Source: Trichosphaerium sp. ATCC 40318
Lineage: Eukaryota; Protista; Tubulinea
Direction of reading: 5' to 3'
Assembly: GCA_038496445.1 (NCBI GenBank)
Contig: JALMLS010000385.1
Location: 248,001 to 312,000 of the forward strand
DNA: 64,000 nt
The position numbers and the translations under genes were made by a program. Below are positions 63,701 through 64,000 of this stretch, in pieces (positions within the stretch are counted from its first letter, which is position 1; every line of letters begins with the position of its first letter). The notes below the pieces were generated by a model that ran no database searches, was not told the origin of the DNA, and worked only from the letters and a program-made list of their open reading frames with translations.

Positions 63701-64000
63701 GTGTTCATTGTGGCTTCCCTTGCGCAACTGTTAAAAAGACTTTCTTTAAAAATACAATGATGTTTGTGGAAGAGCCGTCAGAGTTTATGTGCTGATATTT
63801 TTCCAAAATCGAAGAATCTAATAAAAATCGCTGAAGTATTTTTTTCTTTCTTTCAAAACCCTGTCTGTCTTGTGATGACTTCATGTGCTTGAAATCTCAC
63901 ATTAAGTTACTAGGATAAAATAGAACGTAATGATTGGATGTGTACAATACGAACAGTTGTACAGTCATACGAGTATCAGCAGGGTCTGGTAAGTCCTTTT
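54728..64000 (+). CDS. Pats1-like Roco protein: inactive myotubularin, LRR, Roc GTPase, COR, TKL kinase, WD40-like, PH; runs off the window
   Basis: Myotubularin: LAQILIDPYFRTYRGILVLIDKEW, FLQFVESI, FPDAFEYNEQFL. LRRs LVLADN, LDLSWN, LDLSNN. Roc: GAPRVGKSSL, ATVGV, NTWDFGGQ, IYLVVWDL. COR: FLHTVGSIVYF, ILDPNWL. Kinase: VAVK, HRDLKSPNVL, ADFG, WLAPE, DVFSYAVILWEL, CWHHEPDKRP. VWLGTDQG, VWTGSSDG. PH: KTGVLK..WYRRWVVL. Confidence 0.9.
59412..59603 (+). ncRNA. Intronic three-hairpin H/ACA snoRNA, U19/SNORA74/snR191-like
   Basis: 5' hairpin TCCCAT/ATGGGA. Its pocket GAGTCA (59424-59429) plus GTTAT (59461-59465) fits LSU helix 69 GUAAC-Psi-A-UGACUC. H box ACAACA at 59475, 14 nt from the pocket. 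12-bp stem CGTCTACGAGTG/CACTCGTAGACG, then ACA at 59598-59600. Confidence 0.75.
61101..61257 (+). ncRNA. Intronic H/ACA snoRNA, snR10/SNORA21-like (LSU A-loop pseudouridine guide)
   Basis: Hairpin CGAGG/CCTCG and H box ACAGCA (61184-61189). The 3' hairpin pocket GGTG plus CAATCC fits LSU GGAUUG-Psi-U-CACC. ACA at 61252-61254, 14 nt from the pocket. Confidence 0.78.
62034..62141 (+). ncRNA. Intronic box C/D snoRNA with a U15/snR13-like guide, copy 1
   Basis: Terminal stem TTGTCC/GGCAA, box C-like ATGATTA (62041), guide CGAGGCATTTG (62054-62064) antisense to LSU CAAAUGCCUCG, D' CAGA, box D CTGA (62133). Confidence 0.78.
62934..63041 (+). ncRNA. Intronic box C/D snoRNA with a U15/snR13-like guide, copy 2
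   Basis: 62932-63045 is identical to 62032-62145 but lies in a different intron. Confidence 0.78.
63751..63840 (+). ncRNA. Intronic box C/D snoRNA, U49/SNORD49-like
   Basis: Stem AATAC/GTATT, box C-like ATGATGT (63757), guide GGAAGAGCCG (63768-63777) antisense to LSU CGGCUCUUCC followed by T-CAGA (D'), box D CTGA (63831). Confidence 0.82.

Noticed and set aside
1-64000. Non-standard genetic code suggested by the many short ORFs
   Set aside because: The stops fall in introns. Spliced exons and the intronless F-box genes read cleanly in the standard code, and TAA, TAG and TGA are all used as true stops.

Overview
AT-rich, intron-dense eukaryotic DNA with mostly 45-60 nt spliceosomal introns. 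The gene content (MyTH4 myosin, Pats1-type Roco kinase, AbpF-like giant protein) points to a protist, most likely an amoebozoan. In order: the 3' half of a MyTH4 myosin; an unidentified ~300-nt structured RNA; an F-box/MORN-repeat gene; two secreted-protein genes; a 14.7-25.7 kb graveyard of pseudogenes and three kinds of non-autonomous DNA transposon, two of them inserted inside other repeats; a giant AbpF-like gene; DGAT1; a Schlafen(AlbA_2)-NB-ARC NLR-like gene; a cluster of intronless F-box genes; a mucin-like membrane protein; and a myotubularin-LRR-Roc-COR-kinase gene whose introns host five rRNA-guide snoRNAs. The best candidates for new biology are the Schlafen-RNase/AfsR-type STAND fusion, the orphan structured RNA at 7.1-7.4 kb and the virus-like F-box genes. 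Exon boundaries and base pairings were read by eye and no database searches were run.
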